Below, piece by piece: positions 19,441 to 29,365 of a DNA stretch of 64,000 nucleotides (its first letter is position 1; each line of letters begins with the position of its first letter). Both the position numbers and the translations under genes were made by a program. The notes beneath the pieces are model-generated. The model had not been told where the DNA came from. It saw only the letters and a list, made by a program, of their open reading frames with translations, and made no database searches. The DNA is from a virus. The DNA lies in IMG/VR virus record IMGVR_UViG_3300037258_000161, positions 32,001-96,000 of that record, one strand, 5' to 3'.

Positions 19441-20442
19441 TCAGACGGCGCTCGCGATGGCACCGAAGGGCCAGCGCTGCTGGGTCCCCCCCGCTCCGTC
19501 GATCGTCTCGGTCGGCTGCATGATGGTGACCGGGTTCGCGGTGGCATAGGCCATGCGGAAGGTCAGCTTCATGGCCACGGCGTTCTGCTGGAGGAGGTTG
19601 AGGACGACCTGCCCGGAGTCGTTGCTGATGACGCCCACATCGGTCATCTGGAACGAGATGTCCTGCCGCAGCCCGATCACAGCCTTGGTCCAGTCGCCGC
19701 ACAGCACCTGGGCCTTGGCGCCTTGCCACGAGCCGTTCTTGACCTCCGTCATCGTGTAGCCGTACAGAAGCGAGTTCCCCGTCGCCTTGCCGTTCTGCAT
19801 GTCGGGGGCATAGATCGGGACACCCTGTTCCGACCGCAGTCCCTTCAGCCGCCATCCCAGGCCGGGACGCGCGGCGAAGCCGTCCACCGTGTAGCCGGTC
19901 TGGGACATTGCGTCCCCGAGGGCCGCGATGGACTGCCCGAAGTCGTCCGCCGACTCGGTCCCGGCGGAATCCAGGTAACCATCCTGGACGACGTTCCCGG
20001 CCGCTACCGCACCGTCGTAGATCGCCTGTCCCCATGTGGTGGGCTTGGCGACATTCCAGAAAACAGCCGAGTCGATCAGTGCGCCGAGCGCCTCCACCAT
20101 CCGCGGCTGGACCTGCGCCCAGACATCCACATCGGCGTCATCGAGATACGCCTTCGGAACGGGGATGATCGTGGCGAGTTCCTCCACGACCAGCTGGACG
20201 CCCTTCCATGCCTGCGCCGCCGTCTGCACGAGGCCCGTGTCGCCTCCGACGAAGTAGGCGACCGGCAGCATGTCCAGCACGGGGATGCGCTGGGTCTTGG
20301 AGGACAGCGGCATGTGCGCCATCAGGCCCAGGGCCGCGCTCGAAGTCGGGAGTTCCTGGAAGATCTCGTTGCTCAGCGGCTCCGGCACGAGTGCGTCGGA
20401 ACCGCTGGAGCGCGAGATGAGGTCGTTATAGACACCCGTCAT
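19441..20442 (-). CDS. Major capsid protein (HK97 fold)
   Basis: LVPEPLSNEI...EELATIIPVP...GDW...IGLRQDI...NLLQQNAVA. Confidence 0.95.
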   Translation of the reverse strand: MTGVYNDLISRSSGSDALVPEPLSNEIFQELPTSSAALGLMAHMPLSSKTQRIPVLDMLPVAYFVGGDTGLVQTAAQAWKGVQLVVEELATIIPVPKAYLDDADVDVWAQVQPRMVEALGALIDSAVFWNVAKPTTWGQAIYDGAVAAGNVVQDGYLDSAGTESADDFGQSIAALGDAMSQTGYTVDGFAARPGLGWRLKGLRSEQGVPIYAPDMQNGKATGNSLLYGYTMTEVKNGSWQGAKAQVLCGDWTKAVIGLRQDISFQMTDVGVISNDSGQVVLNLLQQNAVAMKLTFRMAYATANPVTIMQPTETIDGAGGTQQRWPFGAIASAV

Positions 20443-20495
20443 CGGGCTTACCGCCTTTCACTGTGGGGCAGCCCGGCATGGCGGTGCTGCTGGAA

Positions 20496-21194
20496 TTACC
20501 TGGAACGGAGGTCTTCGTACTGGTTGCGGATCCACTCGCCGCCAGTCCGCGGCGCGTCACGGCCCGCAGGGGACGCCCCGGCGCGCATGGCTTCTACGGG
20601 CCGGCGCCCGCGGGCTGCCGCCGCCGTTCCCGCGGCAGTGGCTGAGGTGCCGTTCGCGCCAGCCGCCGCCTGGGCCGTGGCGAGCTGGGCCGCCACCTGG
20701 TCGGCGACACGGTTGTTGATCTCGGCGGCGATGGCCTCCGCATTCGCGTTGATCTCGTCCTCGGTCGCACCGCTGAGCGTGTCGATCAGCCCGGGAGGGA
20801 GTCCGTACGTGGCCGCCGCGAGGGTGCGGTGATAGCGGCCCTCCGCGTCAGCCGCGCGCTGCTCAGCCGCGGCCCGGGCGTCGGTCTCACGCTGGAGCTC
20901 GGTCTTCTGGGCGTCCTCGATCGCGGCGAGCTTCCTGGCTGCCTCGCCGCCCGCCTGGACCTGGTTTCTGTACCTGTTCGCCGCCGTCTCGTTCTTGCGG
21001 GACAGGTCCCGCCACTTCTTTGCCTCAGCCTGCGCCGCGGCGAGCGGGTCACCCTCGGTGCCGTCATCGCCGCCGGTGAGAGCGTCGGCGAGCATCTCCG
21101 CCGGGTCACCCCCGGCGTCAGCGGCCGGGGCTGCGGGTGCGGTGGCGTCAGCGGTTCCGGTGCCTTCCGCCCCGGCTCCTGCGTCTTCGGACAT
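20496..21194 (-). CDS. Scaffolding protein
   Basis: EAKKWRDLSRKNE, coiled coil, LSGATEDEI; directly upstream of capsid. Confidence 0.85.
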   Translation of the reverse strand: MSEDAGAGAEGTGTADATAPAAPAADAGGDPAEMLADALTGGDDGTEGDPLAAAQAEAKKWRDLSRKNETAANRYRNQVQAGGEAARKLAAIEDAQKTELQRETDARAAAEQRAADAEGRYHRTLAAATYGLPPGLIDTLSGATEDEINANAEAIAAEINNRVADQVAAQLATAQAAAGANGTSATAAGTAAAARGRRPVEAMRAGASPAGRDAPRTGGEWIRNQYEDLRSR

Positions 21195-21273
21195 GCGGAT
21201 GCCTCCCATTCCGGGAAATGAAAAAGCCCTCCGCCATTCCGGCTGAGAGCTCCGTGGTGCCGCGCGAGCGCGG

Positions 21274-21645
21274 TTACTTGCGGGTGGGGCCGTCCGCCTT
21301 GAGGCTGCCGTCAGGTGCCCAGGTCGGGGGAATACGGGAAGAGAGACCCAGCTGTTTCGCGCGCATCATGACGAATCTCCGGACCGCCGCGCGTGCCTCG
21401 TCGGTAGCAGGCTTGATGCGGCCGATCGCCTTGATGGCGTTGTCCAGGTCAGCGGCGTTCTGAATGTTGAACCGGGGGCGCCCACCGGGCTTCGCTGGAG
21501 GCAGCGCCTTCCGCTGCTTCTGGAGCTTCCGCATGGTCGCGACGTCGGGTGTGGCCATGGGCCGCTTCCTTCCTGGCGAGAGGGGTTCGGGGACGAGGGG
21601 GTCACTGCCACTCGAGCGGGAGATGGCTGAGCCATAGGAAGCCAC
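21274..21645 (-). CDS. Head-associated protein (DUF6582-like) with a capsid N-terminus copy
   Basis: GTG 21645 with RBS GGGAGGT; RFNIQNAADLDNAIKAIGR...RAKQLG...IPPTW. Confidence 0.7.
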   Translation of the reverse strand: MASYGSAISRSSGSDPLVPEPLSPGRKRPMATPDVATMRKLQKQRKALPPAKPGGRPRFNIQNAADLDNAIKAIGRIKPATDEARAAVRRFVMMRAKQLGLSSRIPPTWAPDGSLKADGPTRK

Positions 21646-21760
21646 GGGACCTCCCGTCGCTACGCTGGGAGCATGGCCAAGGTTCACCTGCAGGTCCGGG
21701 CCGCTGGACCGGGTCGCGCACGGAAGCTCGCCCGGTACATGACCCGGTGGGAGGGCGGTA

Positions 21761-22567
21761 CTACGCGACCCGAGGTGCCCCTACCGCGTCAGGGTGAGCC
21801 TTATCCCAGTACCGCCGCCATGCCCGCACTGCATCCGGTCCAGAGAAACCTCTGGTGACCCGCCTCCATTGCCGGTACAGGTCGTTGTCGCGGAGGGCCT
21901 TGGCGTCTTCCCTGCTAAAGGCTGCTGCGGCGCTGCAACGGCAACGCGAATGCGCCTTAAATCCTGCGGTCTGGGCGGTTTTGTACACTGCGCCACGTCC
22001 CGCTAGAAGGGCGCACCACGCGCATGGATCCGCCGCCGTAACGCGGTACCAGGCGACCGCTGCCGAGTCCTGCTGGACGGCCTGCAGGACCGCTGTGCGG
22101 GCCCCGTTCTGGATCAGCCGGGTAGCCGCCGACGCCATCACGTTCCCGGTCGCCTGCGCCGCCTGCGGGACGGGCTGCCCGGCCTTGATGCGCTTCAGCA
22201 GCGAGTACGGGCCGGTCGAGTCCAGCGTGGCCGTGACGAGTTCCGGGGGAGGCGGAGGGGGCACGCTCAGCAGCGGGGGAAGCGTGACCACCCCGGCTGC
22301 TGAGCGGGCCTGCTGATAGTACGCGTTCCCCGCCTGCCCCATCGCCTGTGACTGGGTCCCGATGACCGCGGTGATGGACGTGCGCACCTGGGGCCATGAC
22401 GAGATCACGTTCCGCAGGTCAAGCAGTCCCCACAGGCTGGTGATCTGCGAGAGAAGCCATGCCACCTGCCACGCCTGCTGCTGCCTGGAAGATTCGGCGA
22501 TCTGGGCCTGCGCCGCACGGGACGCGGTCGGCTGCGTGAGCGGCACCGGCCCGGCGTAGAGGCTCAC
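21761..22567 (-). CDS. MuF-like / capsid maturation protein
   Basis: WYRV...CAWCALLAGRG..Y...AHSRCRC. Confidence 0.8.
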   Translation of the reverse strand: MSLYAGPVPLTQPTASRAAQAQIAESSRQQQAWQVAWLLSQITSLWGLLDLRNVISSWPQVRTSITAVIGTQSQAMGQAGNAYYQQARSAAGVVTLPPLLSVPPPPPPELVTATLDSTGPYSLLKRIKAGQPVPQAAQATGNVMASAATRLIQNGARTAVLQAVQQDSAAVAWYRVTAADPCAWCALLAGRGAVYKTAQTAGFKAHSRCRCSAAAAFSREDAKALRDNDLYRQWRRVTRGFSGPDAVRAWRRYWDKAHPDAVGAPRVA

Positions 22568-24177
22568 ACGCCGTGGGTCCGTTTCAATGCTGGCCCCTGG
22601 AAGGGATCGTCATCACCCGGAGGTGCCTGCTGGGCGCCCTGGGTCATCTGCGACTCGATCAGCTGATCCAGTTCCGCCAGCGCACCCTGCTTCGACGCTG
22701 CGGCCTTCCAGCGGGCCACATCATCGGCACTCGTCCCCGGCACCCGCTGCCACAGTTCCGTCGCGGGCACGCCGAGCATCTGGGTGAGTTTCCCGAGGGC
22801 GTCCACGGTGCCGGCGAACGCCCGGCCGCCCGTGTCGCGCCAGACGATCACCGCGGCGTCGTCATTCCACCCGGCCAGGTCGCCGGCTGCTTTCGACGCG
22901 AGCTGGAAGGTCTGCTTGTGGGGCTCGTTCAGGACACCCTGGGCCTCTTCCACTCTGCGGTCGAGCGCGTCGCGACTCGCAGTCAGGGCGTCTGCGGACA
23001 GATTTACCATCTGCCCCAAAAGATAATAAGGCGGCAACTGCGTGATGGTGCTCATGTGCACGATCGTGGCCTCGGCCGACTTGAGAAACCCCGTGAGATC
23101 CGTTTGCGCGAATTCACCGAATTTCGTGTCGGAATCCTCAGCCGTAAAGAGGCGGTCAACACCAGCCCGGAACGGCTCCTTCGGGTTCCCGTCCTCGTCA
23201 GACACAACCATCCCCGTGACCCACCGCTGCCTGAAAGCCCCGTACTGCTGGGCCATCAGGGCATTGAAGGTCGTGGTGTTCAGCTGGTCCTGCAGCGGGA
23301 TCAGCGGCTCCACGATCCCGGAGACGTCCATCTCGCCGTCAAGGTCAATCTGGTGCAGGTAGCGAACGACGGGGCACACCCCGAGCCCATGCTCGCTGAC
23401 CGCCTGTGTTCCGTTGAGCAGGACCGGGTCGTCGTCCTGCGGCCAGAACAGGCCCTCAGTGTCGGCCTTCCCGGTCAGCGTGTAGACCTTCTGGTCGTCA
23501 TACAGCCGCACGATCCGCCGCGCCCCGCCGGGCGCGTTGACGACGGTCTCCTCGACTGCGTAGGCAGGCCATTCGTCGTCAACGTCATCGGCGTACAGGG
23601 CGGTGAGGCGCCGCGGCGACACCGGCCGGATCACCGGATACGGCTCCCCGGGCAGCACCACTGTGTAGGCGAGCCCGTACTCGATCACCGAGCGGTGCAG
23701 GCCGTGCTGACGGCCTCCCATCCGGTTGGCCTGCCAGATCCGCCACGGCCCGTCATCTTCCTGCGGGGACTGGGCCTCTGCATGCGCGGCCTTCGCCTGG
23801 GCGAGAATCCCCGCCGCCCCAGCGGTATCACCGGCCTGCAGGGCGTCGTGAGCGCCCGCCAGGGCCACCGACACGTCATCGACCACATCCGCCGCCGCGC
23901 TCGGCCGGTAGCCGTCCACGTGCAGGTTCTGGCTAATCGTGGACACCACCAGCGGCAGGAAGTTCACCACCGACCGGTGCAGCAGCCAGCGGTACTCCTC
24001 CCGCGCGCCCCGCGGCACGTACACCGAGTCGTGGCGCCCGCGCATGTACTTGGAGATCCGCTTCAGGCGCCGCTGCTCGTGACCGCGGATGGCGAGGATC
24101 TTCTGCGCAAGCTGCGGGATGTCCTGGCTGTTTGCTGCGGAGGGAGCGTCGGCCTGCGCGAGCGTCATGACGGTCAC
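22564..24177 (-). CDS. Portal protein (SPP1 gp6-like)
   Basis: NFLPLVV...WQANRM...LGVCPVV...GAFRQRWVTG. Confidence 0.95.
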   Translation of the reverse strand: MTVMTLAQADAPSAANSQDIPQLAQKILAIRGHEQRRLKRISKYMRGRHDSVYVPRGAREEYRWLLHRSVVNFLPLVVSTISQNLHVDGYRPSAAADVVDDVSVALAGAHDALQAGDTAGAAGILAQAKAAHAEAQSPQEDDGPWRIWQANRMGGRQHGLHRSVIEYGLAYTVVLPGEPYPVIRPVSPRRLTALYADDVDDEWPAYAVEETVVNAPGGARRIVRLYDDQKVYTLTGKADTEGLFWPQDDDPVLLNGTQAVSEHGLGVCPVVRYLHQIDLDGEMDVSGIVEPLIPLQDQLNTTTFNALMAQQYGAFRQRWVTGMVVSDEDGNPKEPFRAGVDRLFTAEDSDTKFGEFAQTDLTGFLKSAEATIVHMSTITQLPPYYLLGQMVNLSADALTASRDALDRRVEEAQGVLNEPHKQTFQLASKAAGDLAGWNDDAAVIVWRDTGGRAFAGTVDALGKLTQMLGVPATELWQRVPGTSADDVARWKAAASKQGALAELDQLIESQMTQGAQQAPPGDDDPFQGPALKRTHGV

Positions 24178-24223
24178 GCTCGGCCACCGCCCCCCGCGTT
24201 GCCAGCGTCTCTAGGCTGGATGG

Positions 24224-24601
24224 ATGGCAGACGATGAATACGCAGCCCAGACGGCCTTCCTGCGGGCACGCCTGGACGAGGACGAGGTGTGGGCACGCGA
24301 GGCTGTGCCGCGACCATGGCTCACCCAGGACAACTTCATCGAGTCGCCCGATGGCGGCGAGGTGGCCCGGTTCAACATGAAGGCGGACGCCAGGCTCGCC
24401 GCCCAATACGACCCGGCCCGGGTGCTCCGCGAGGTTGAGGCCAAGCGGAGGATCCTGGATCAGCTGGGGACCGACCTGTCATACCGGCCGCCTGTCCCGG
24501 TGGGCCACCGACGCGCGTGGGCTATCGCGTCGCTGATCGCGGAAGCTATGGCCGGTCCCTACAGCGACCACCCGGACTACCGGCGGGAGCGGAAGCCCTA
24601 G
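24224..24601 (+). CDS. DUF6221-like protein, antisense between terL and portal
   Basis: FLRARLDEDE...DPARVLREVEAKRRIL...YSDHPDYR; TAGGCT 6 nt before the ATG. Confidence 0.8.
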   Translation: MADDEYAAQTAFLRARLDEDEVWAREAVPRPWLTQDNFIESPDGGEVARFNMKADARLAAQYDPARVLREVEAKRRILDQLGTDLSYRPPVPVGHRRAWAIASLIAEAMAGPYSDHPDYRRERKP

Positions 24602-26280
24602 CTGAACCCGTAGACCTTCCCCGAACGGGGCTTCTTCTCCGCTGGCTTGCCGGCCAGGTACAGCCGCCGCACCATCCGGGCGCCGATCACGCACACCGCG
24701 GCGTCGATCTTCTTCGGCGAGTCCCTGGTCTCCTTCGCGACCGACACGCCCCACCTATTCGGGTGCCGCCGCGCGTTCCCCACATGCCGGGCAACCCGCG
24801 AGTCACCGTCGTGGGTGAACGCCCGGTCCTCGATCTCCTGCAGGGTGAGCTCGCACGCCATCGTGAAGTCATAGACCCGGGTCCGCATATCCCACGCGAC
24901 CGGCTGCGGATCCTTCCCGCCCGGCACCGCGTGGAGCTTCAGCTGGTCGCCGTAGCGCTTCGGCCACTCGACCTTGGTGAACGACTCCCACTCACGGACG
25001 TCCGCGAAGAACGCAACGACGTTCCAGTGCTCGAAGGAGTGCTCCACGGCCGCGTCGACCTGTGCGACGGGAACCGGCTGGGCCTCCACGCCGGCACGTG
25101 CAGGCGCCGGCTCCCAGACCTCTATGCAGAAGACGTGGCCGGTCTCGACATGGCAGCCGAGGAGCGCGGTCGCGTCATTGGTGCGCGAGCCGTCGAAGAA
25201 CATGACGATCTCGTCGCCATCAGGGACTGGCACCGAGGGGTCGGAGATGGCCGCCCACTCCTGCGGCGTGACCCAACTCGTCAGTGACGCGACCGGCTGG
25301 TTCAGGTAGAACCGCCTGGCAACGTCCGGGGCGGTCCGCAGCGACAGGATGCGGTCCATGATCGTCTGCTGGTCAACCCAGAAGCAGTCGTGATACGCCG
25401 CTGCGATCCCGGTCCGCAGGGAATCGTCGTCGGTCAGGTCCGTGTCCGGCGGGGCAACGTACGCGTCGTAGAGAATCTTCGCCCGCGACCGGGTGAGCCC
25501 TTCCTCCTGGGCCACCCACGCGTCCCACGTAGCCTCGGCCACCGAGCCCGCGCCAGGCTCCCACGCGTTGCACGTCTCCACGCCACGGCTGCCCGACTTC
25601 GCCATGTTGCGGTCCATCACCGCAGCGAGCTCAGAACCGCCGTTCGCAGGGCGCCACAGTTCGGTCTCGTCAAGCAGCCCGAACGTCGTCAGCGCGCCCT
25701 CAGCGGCGGACGCCGATGAGGTGATGATCTCTAGCTGGCCGCCGTTCTCGCTGTACGTGACCGTCTTCCCCGGGTCGAGCCCGAAGTCGCGCACGAGCCG
25801 CGAGCTCTTGGGCATCATCGCCCGGACCATGCGGTTTGTGTTCGCGGTCTGGGACTCTGACGTGGCCGCGATCTGCACCAGCGGCATGTCCACGGGCTTG
25901 CCGCGGACACCGCCCCACGTCCGGGGGTCGTCAGGGTCGCGTTCGCAGAAGTGGGAGAAGCGCACGGGCCCGCAGAGTTCCGTGATGCAGTGCGCGCCGG
26001 CCCCGGGCGACTTCCCGGCACCTTTGCTGAGCCTGCGCACCCCATGCTGGTACAGCCATCGCGTGGTGATCTCCTCCAGCGAGTACCACCACAAGATCCA
26101 GTGGCGCTGCGACGGCGTGTACTCCCACGGCAGCCCCGCTCGCGGGCCGTTCGGGTGCCTCAGGTACTTCGCCGCGAAGAAGATTGCCTCGTAGCCCAGC
26201 GTGAACTCAGGCTCGCCTGGAGGAAGCGTTACCAGCCGGTCGAGCGGGCCCGGTAGCTCAGTTGGCCTCGCGCTTGCCAC
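24598..26280 (-). CDS. terL: Terminase large subunit
   Basis: Walker A KGAGKS, Walker B LLDE, nuclease FFDGS...DAT and KIDAAV. Confidence 0.95.
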   Translation of the reverse strand: MASARPTELPGPLDRLVTLPPGEPEFTLGYEAIFFAAKYLRHPNGPRAGLPWEYTPSQRHWILWWYSLEEITTRWLYQHGVRRLSKGAGKSPGAGAHCITELCGPVRFSHFCERDPDDPRTWGGVRGKPVDMPLVQIAATSESQTANTNRMVRAMMPKSSRLVRDFGLDPGKTVTYSENGGQLEIITSSASAAEGALTTFGLLDETELWRPANGGSELAAVMDRNMAKSGSRGVETCNAWEPGAGSVAEATWDAWVAQEEGLTRSRAKILYDAYVAPPDTDLTDDDSLRTGIAAAYHDCFWVDQQTIMDRILSLRTAPDVARRFYLNQPVASLTSWVTPQEWAAISDPSVPVPDGDEIVMFFDGSRTNDATALLGCHVETGHVFCIEVWEPAPARAGVEAQPVPVAQVDAAVEHSFEHWNVVAFFADVREWESFTKVEWPKRYGDQLKLHAVPGGKDPQPVAWDMRTRVYDFTMACELTLQEIEDRAFTHDGDSRVARHVGNARRHPNRWGVSVAKETRDSPKKIDAAVCVIGARMVRRLYLAGKPAEKKPRSGKVYGFS

Positions 26281-26713
26281 GCCACGCCGCCATGCTCGCC
26301 ACGGCCGCCGCTTCGTCCGGGTCCTCGGGCTTATCGCGCTCCAGTTCCAGCCGCAGGCGACGCCTGTCGCCCTCGGTCATCAGCAGCCGGGCCATCAGCG
26401 CGTCCCAGGCCGCGAACATCACCGCCGACGGGCGGCCAGAGTTCAGCTGCTGCGACATGACCTCCGAGCCGATCCGCAGCATGTTCCAGTCGGTCGGCTC
26501 CCAGAACGCGCTCTGCCCCGACCGCCCAGCGGACTCGTACAGGTCTCGGATCAGCGGATGCCACGCAGGGTCGGGCTCGGGCACGCCAGGCCCGGAGGAT
26601 GCCCCACGGCTGCCTGCTGGTGCCTTCGTGACGGGCCCTGCTGGATCCTTGTTCGTCCTCCGGCGCTGGTCTGTGCGCTTCGGGACCGGGCCGCGGCTAC
26701 CCACGGTGGACAA
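26258..26713 (-). CDS. terS: Terminase small subunit
   Basis: GPVPKR..QRRRTNK...WHP...SGQ..FWEPTDW...TEGDRRRLR, actinophage type. Confidence 0.85.
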   Translation of the reverse strand: MSTVGSRGPVPKRTDQRRRTNKDPAGPVTKAPAGSRGASSGPGVPEPDPAWHPLIRDLYESAGRSGQSAFWEPTDWNMLRIGSEVMSQQLNSGRPSAVMFAAWDALMARLLMTEGDRRRLRLELERDKPEDPDEAAAVASMAAWRGKREAN

Positions 26714-26799
26714 CCTTCATCGACTGCTCCCATTCCGGGTACGGCCCATTCCGGGCTACTGCCAGGGATGGCCCGCATTCCGCAGGGAGCCCTAGCCGA

Positions 26800-27696
26800 T
26801 CAGGAGCGGCTTCGGAGCGCCGCCTCGTTGTTCTTCCTGCTGTTACAGGAGTAGTGGGCGCACTGAGCGTTCGCCGGCTCATGGAACCCGCGTGGCTCTC
26901 CCTCGCGGGGCCGCAGCGGGACGATGTGGTCGATCGTCGGTGAGAGGAGGTCCGGCCAGACGGCGCCCCGGCTGACGGGCTTCCCGCAGAGCTGGCAGAT
27001 CCAGCCGTCGCGCTCAAAGATCTCCAACGGCTCAACAGGTGCCCGGAACGCAGCCGCCTCCACGGCCCGGCGTACATGCGAGGCGATCCGGCCGTAGCAG
27101 CGCTGCGAGCACGTCCTGGTCTTCGGGTCAATACTCACAAACCATGTACCGCAGCACGAGCAGCGACCTGAATACCACTGCTGGCGCAGGCGTGGCAGCC
27201 TCGGGCTGGCTGCCTTGAGCCGCGCTAGTAGACGTGGATGCAGCCATCCTTCGGGGCGTTCCCAGAGGACTACCTGCGAGCGGGCTGCGCGCACGGCGTC
27301 ATAGTCGCAACTCACGGAGCGGCCGGAGCGGCAGCTATCCGAGCAGTAGAACGAAGTTGGAGCGGGTGCCTGCCACAAATCGCCGCAGCTTTGGCATATC
27401 AGCGTCCATTTGCGCGTCTTATTGTGGCAACTATTTGAGCAGAACCAGGTACGGGGCTCGGAGTTCGTCCATTTCTTGCCGCAGTTCTCGCACGTGTGCT
27501 CGTAGCGGTATTGGGATCTCCACGTCTTCCCGGTGCGCTTGGCGTAGCTGCGGAAATACTCTCTCGCCCGATCATTATTGCGCCGCCGTTTACATTCAGG
27601 CGCAGAGCATGTTTTCCACCTCTCCTGCGCCGTCTCGGTGCCGCAGTACTCGCAGGCACCCCGGACGGGCGCAGGGACTGGCACGAGGATCCTCAT
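26800..27696 (-). CDS. HNH endonuclease with multiple Zn fingers
   Basis: Many CxxC; IFERDGWICQLCG...TIDHIVP...NAQCAHYSCNSRK. Confidence 0.9.
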   Translation of the reverse strand: MRILVPVPAPVRGACEYCGTETAQERWKTCSAPECKRRRNNDRAREYFRSYAKRTGKTWRSQYRYEHTCENCGKKWTNSEPRTWFCSNSCHNKTRKWTLICQSCGDLWQAPAPTSFYCSDSCRSGRSVSCDYDAVRAARSQVVLWERPEGWLHPRLLARLKAASPRLPRLRQQWYSGRCSCCGTWFVSIDPKTRTCSQRCYGRIASHVRRAVEAAAFRAPVEPLEIFERDGWICQLCGKPVSRGAVWPDLLSPTIDHIVPLRPREGEPRGFHEPANAQCAHYSCNSRKNNEAALRSRS

Positions 27697-28114
27697 ACGC
27701 CCAGCTTAGAGGCCCCTACCGACAGTCTCACGGGGGTCGAAATACGTATCCACAGGCCGCCGCTATACGGGGCCGGTCGGGCGAAGCCCGGCATTTGGGC
27801 ACTCCCCCCACCCCTGCCATTGCTGCAGTGCGCATCCCGTGCCAGGCCTTGCCCGCGGCCCTCTGTATGCACACCGTGGCCTGCGCGGATGCCCGTACCC
27901 CGCACCGTGCCGAGCTCACCGGCACTGCTGGCAGCTGGCCACCATCCCCGCGGGGGACTGCCGCGGATTCCTGGCCGCTATTCCCTCGAGGCTGGCTTTC
28001 CGTGCCCCGATTGCCGCGTGGCTTAGTGCCTGCTCTCAGGTGGACTCAGCAAGCTTTGCCTGTGCTTTGCGCGATTCGCTTGCCTGCCAATTCGGTAGGC
28101 CATACGGTAGTGGT

Positions 28115-28288
28115 ATGCCAATCAACCAGACCGCTAAGCGCCTCGAAGCGGGCGCCCCGCAATGGGTGCGGGATGCCCAGGCCGATCTGTACCTCTGCCA
28201 GTGCGGCCAGCAGGCCATATCTATCTGGGCTGGCACGGGCAGGCCGATCTGTGACACGTGCCTGCAGCGGAAGCAGCGGCAGTCATGA
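28115..28288 (+). CDS. Small Zn-finger protein, leaderless
   Basis: TTGCCT-N17-TACGGT-N6-ATG; CQC...CDTC. Confidence 0.6.
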   Translation: MPINQTAKRLEAGAPQWVRDAQADLYLCQCGQQAISIWAGTGRPICDTCLQRKQRQS

Positions 28289-29181
28289 CTGCCGCTAAGC
28301 GCGTCGTGCGCGCTGTCCGCATTGCCTTCCGTGCCGCGCGCATCCTCGCGACTGATCCGCAGCTCCCGTGGCTGCTGCGCATCCTCTTCGTTATCGGATG
28401 CGTGCAGATCCCGGTGTGCCCAGTGGATGAAGTCGCCATGGCGCTGGCGCTCGGGTGGCTGTTCCTGTTCCACCGTGACCGCCTGGCGCATGCCGTGCGC
28501 GAGGCCCGCTCATCCGATCCGAAGGAGCGCAAGCCCATGAACGTTCGCAAGCTCGCTGTTGCTGCCGCCGCCAGCCTCGCCGCTCTGGCCGCAGTCATCT
28601 CGCTCACTGCCGGTCTCATGCCGGCATCTGCCGCGGCCCGCTCGCCGCTCGCTACTGTCATCGCTCACGGCGTGCGGATGCCGCAGCACCACGAGACCAC
28701 CTGCACCCGCCAGCTTGAGGTGATGGGTGCTGCCGAGTACGAGACCGGCGTGCACCCCGGTTCATACACCATCGCGCCTGTCGCCCTCGCCGGCCCGCGT
28801 GCATGGGCCCGGCAGCTGCGGCGCGCTGGCCTGTTCCTGCTGGCAGCGACCGCGGAGGGCGTTCACGATGCGGCCTCGGCGCATGACTTCACGATGGCGC
28901 TGCTGGCGTCGGTGAAGGCGGCGCGTATGGGCGTGGACTGCCGCAGCGGCTATCCGGCGCCTTCACCGGCCGCGTGCGCCCGCCTGTCACCGCGGCCGGG
29001 TCACGTCCCGCCGGCGTTCGAGATCGGCGCCTCCGGTCTCACGTGGCAGTACGTGACGAAGCGGGAGGCGGCTTACTTCCACGTGTCCCGCTGCTCTGTG
29101 GTGGTCGTGAGCCACAACCGCTACGGGCAGGATGCGGACTTCATCCTCACGCCGTCGGGGCGCGTGACTGGCCGCAGCTGA
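28285..29181 (+). CDS. Membrane/secreted hypothetical protein; likely internal start at 28537
   Basis: Hydrophobic N-terminal part, then RBS GAAGGAG and signal-peptide-like MNVRKLAVAAAA...PASA. Confidence 0.55.
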   Translation: MTAAKRVVRAVRIAFRAARILATDPQLPWLLRILFVIGCVQIPVCPVDEVAMALALGWLFLFHRDRLAHAVREARSSDPKERKPMNVRKLAVAAAASLAALAAVISLTAGLMPASAAARSPLATVIAHGVRMPQHHETTCTRQLEVMGAAEYETGVHPGSYTIAPVALAGPRAWARQLRRAGLFLLAATAEGVHDAASAHDFTMALLASVKAARMGVDCRSGYPAPSPAACARLSPRPGHVPPAFEIGASGLTWQYVTKREAAYFHVSRCSVVVVSHNRYGQDADFILTPSGRVTGRS

Positions 29182-29365
29182 CTGCCACGGTGGCGCTCGC
29201 TGCTCACGAGGGCGAGCGCTGCCGCGGTGGCCAGATGGCGCCGGTAACCACGGGGGATCACATGCGCAGTGCCGCGCGGGAGATCGAGACCAGGATCGCG
29301 GAGTGGCTCACCAGCTTCGCGGAGAAGCAGATGCGGCGCAGGCCGCTCACTGAAGGGGGATCACG

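Noticed and set aside
19201-24237. Long + strand ORFs (19201-20832, 22573-24237; likewise 11930-13561 and 43807-45270)
   Set aside because: Antisense shadows of real genes, expected in high-GC DNA; low-complexity Arg/Pro/Ala-rich translations
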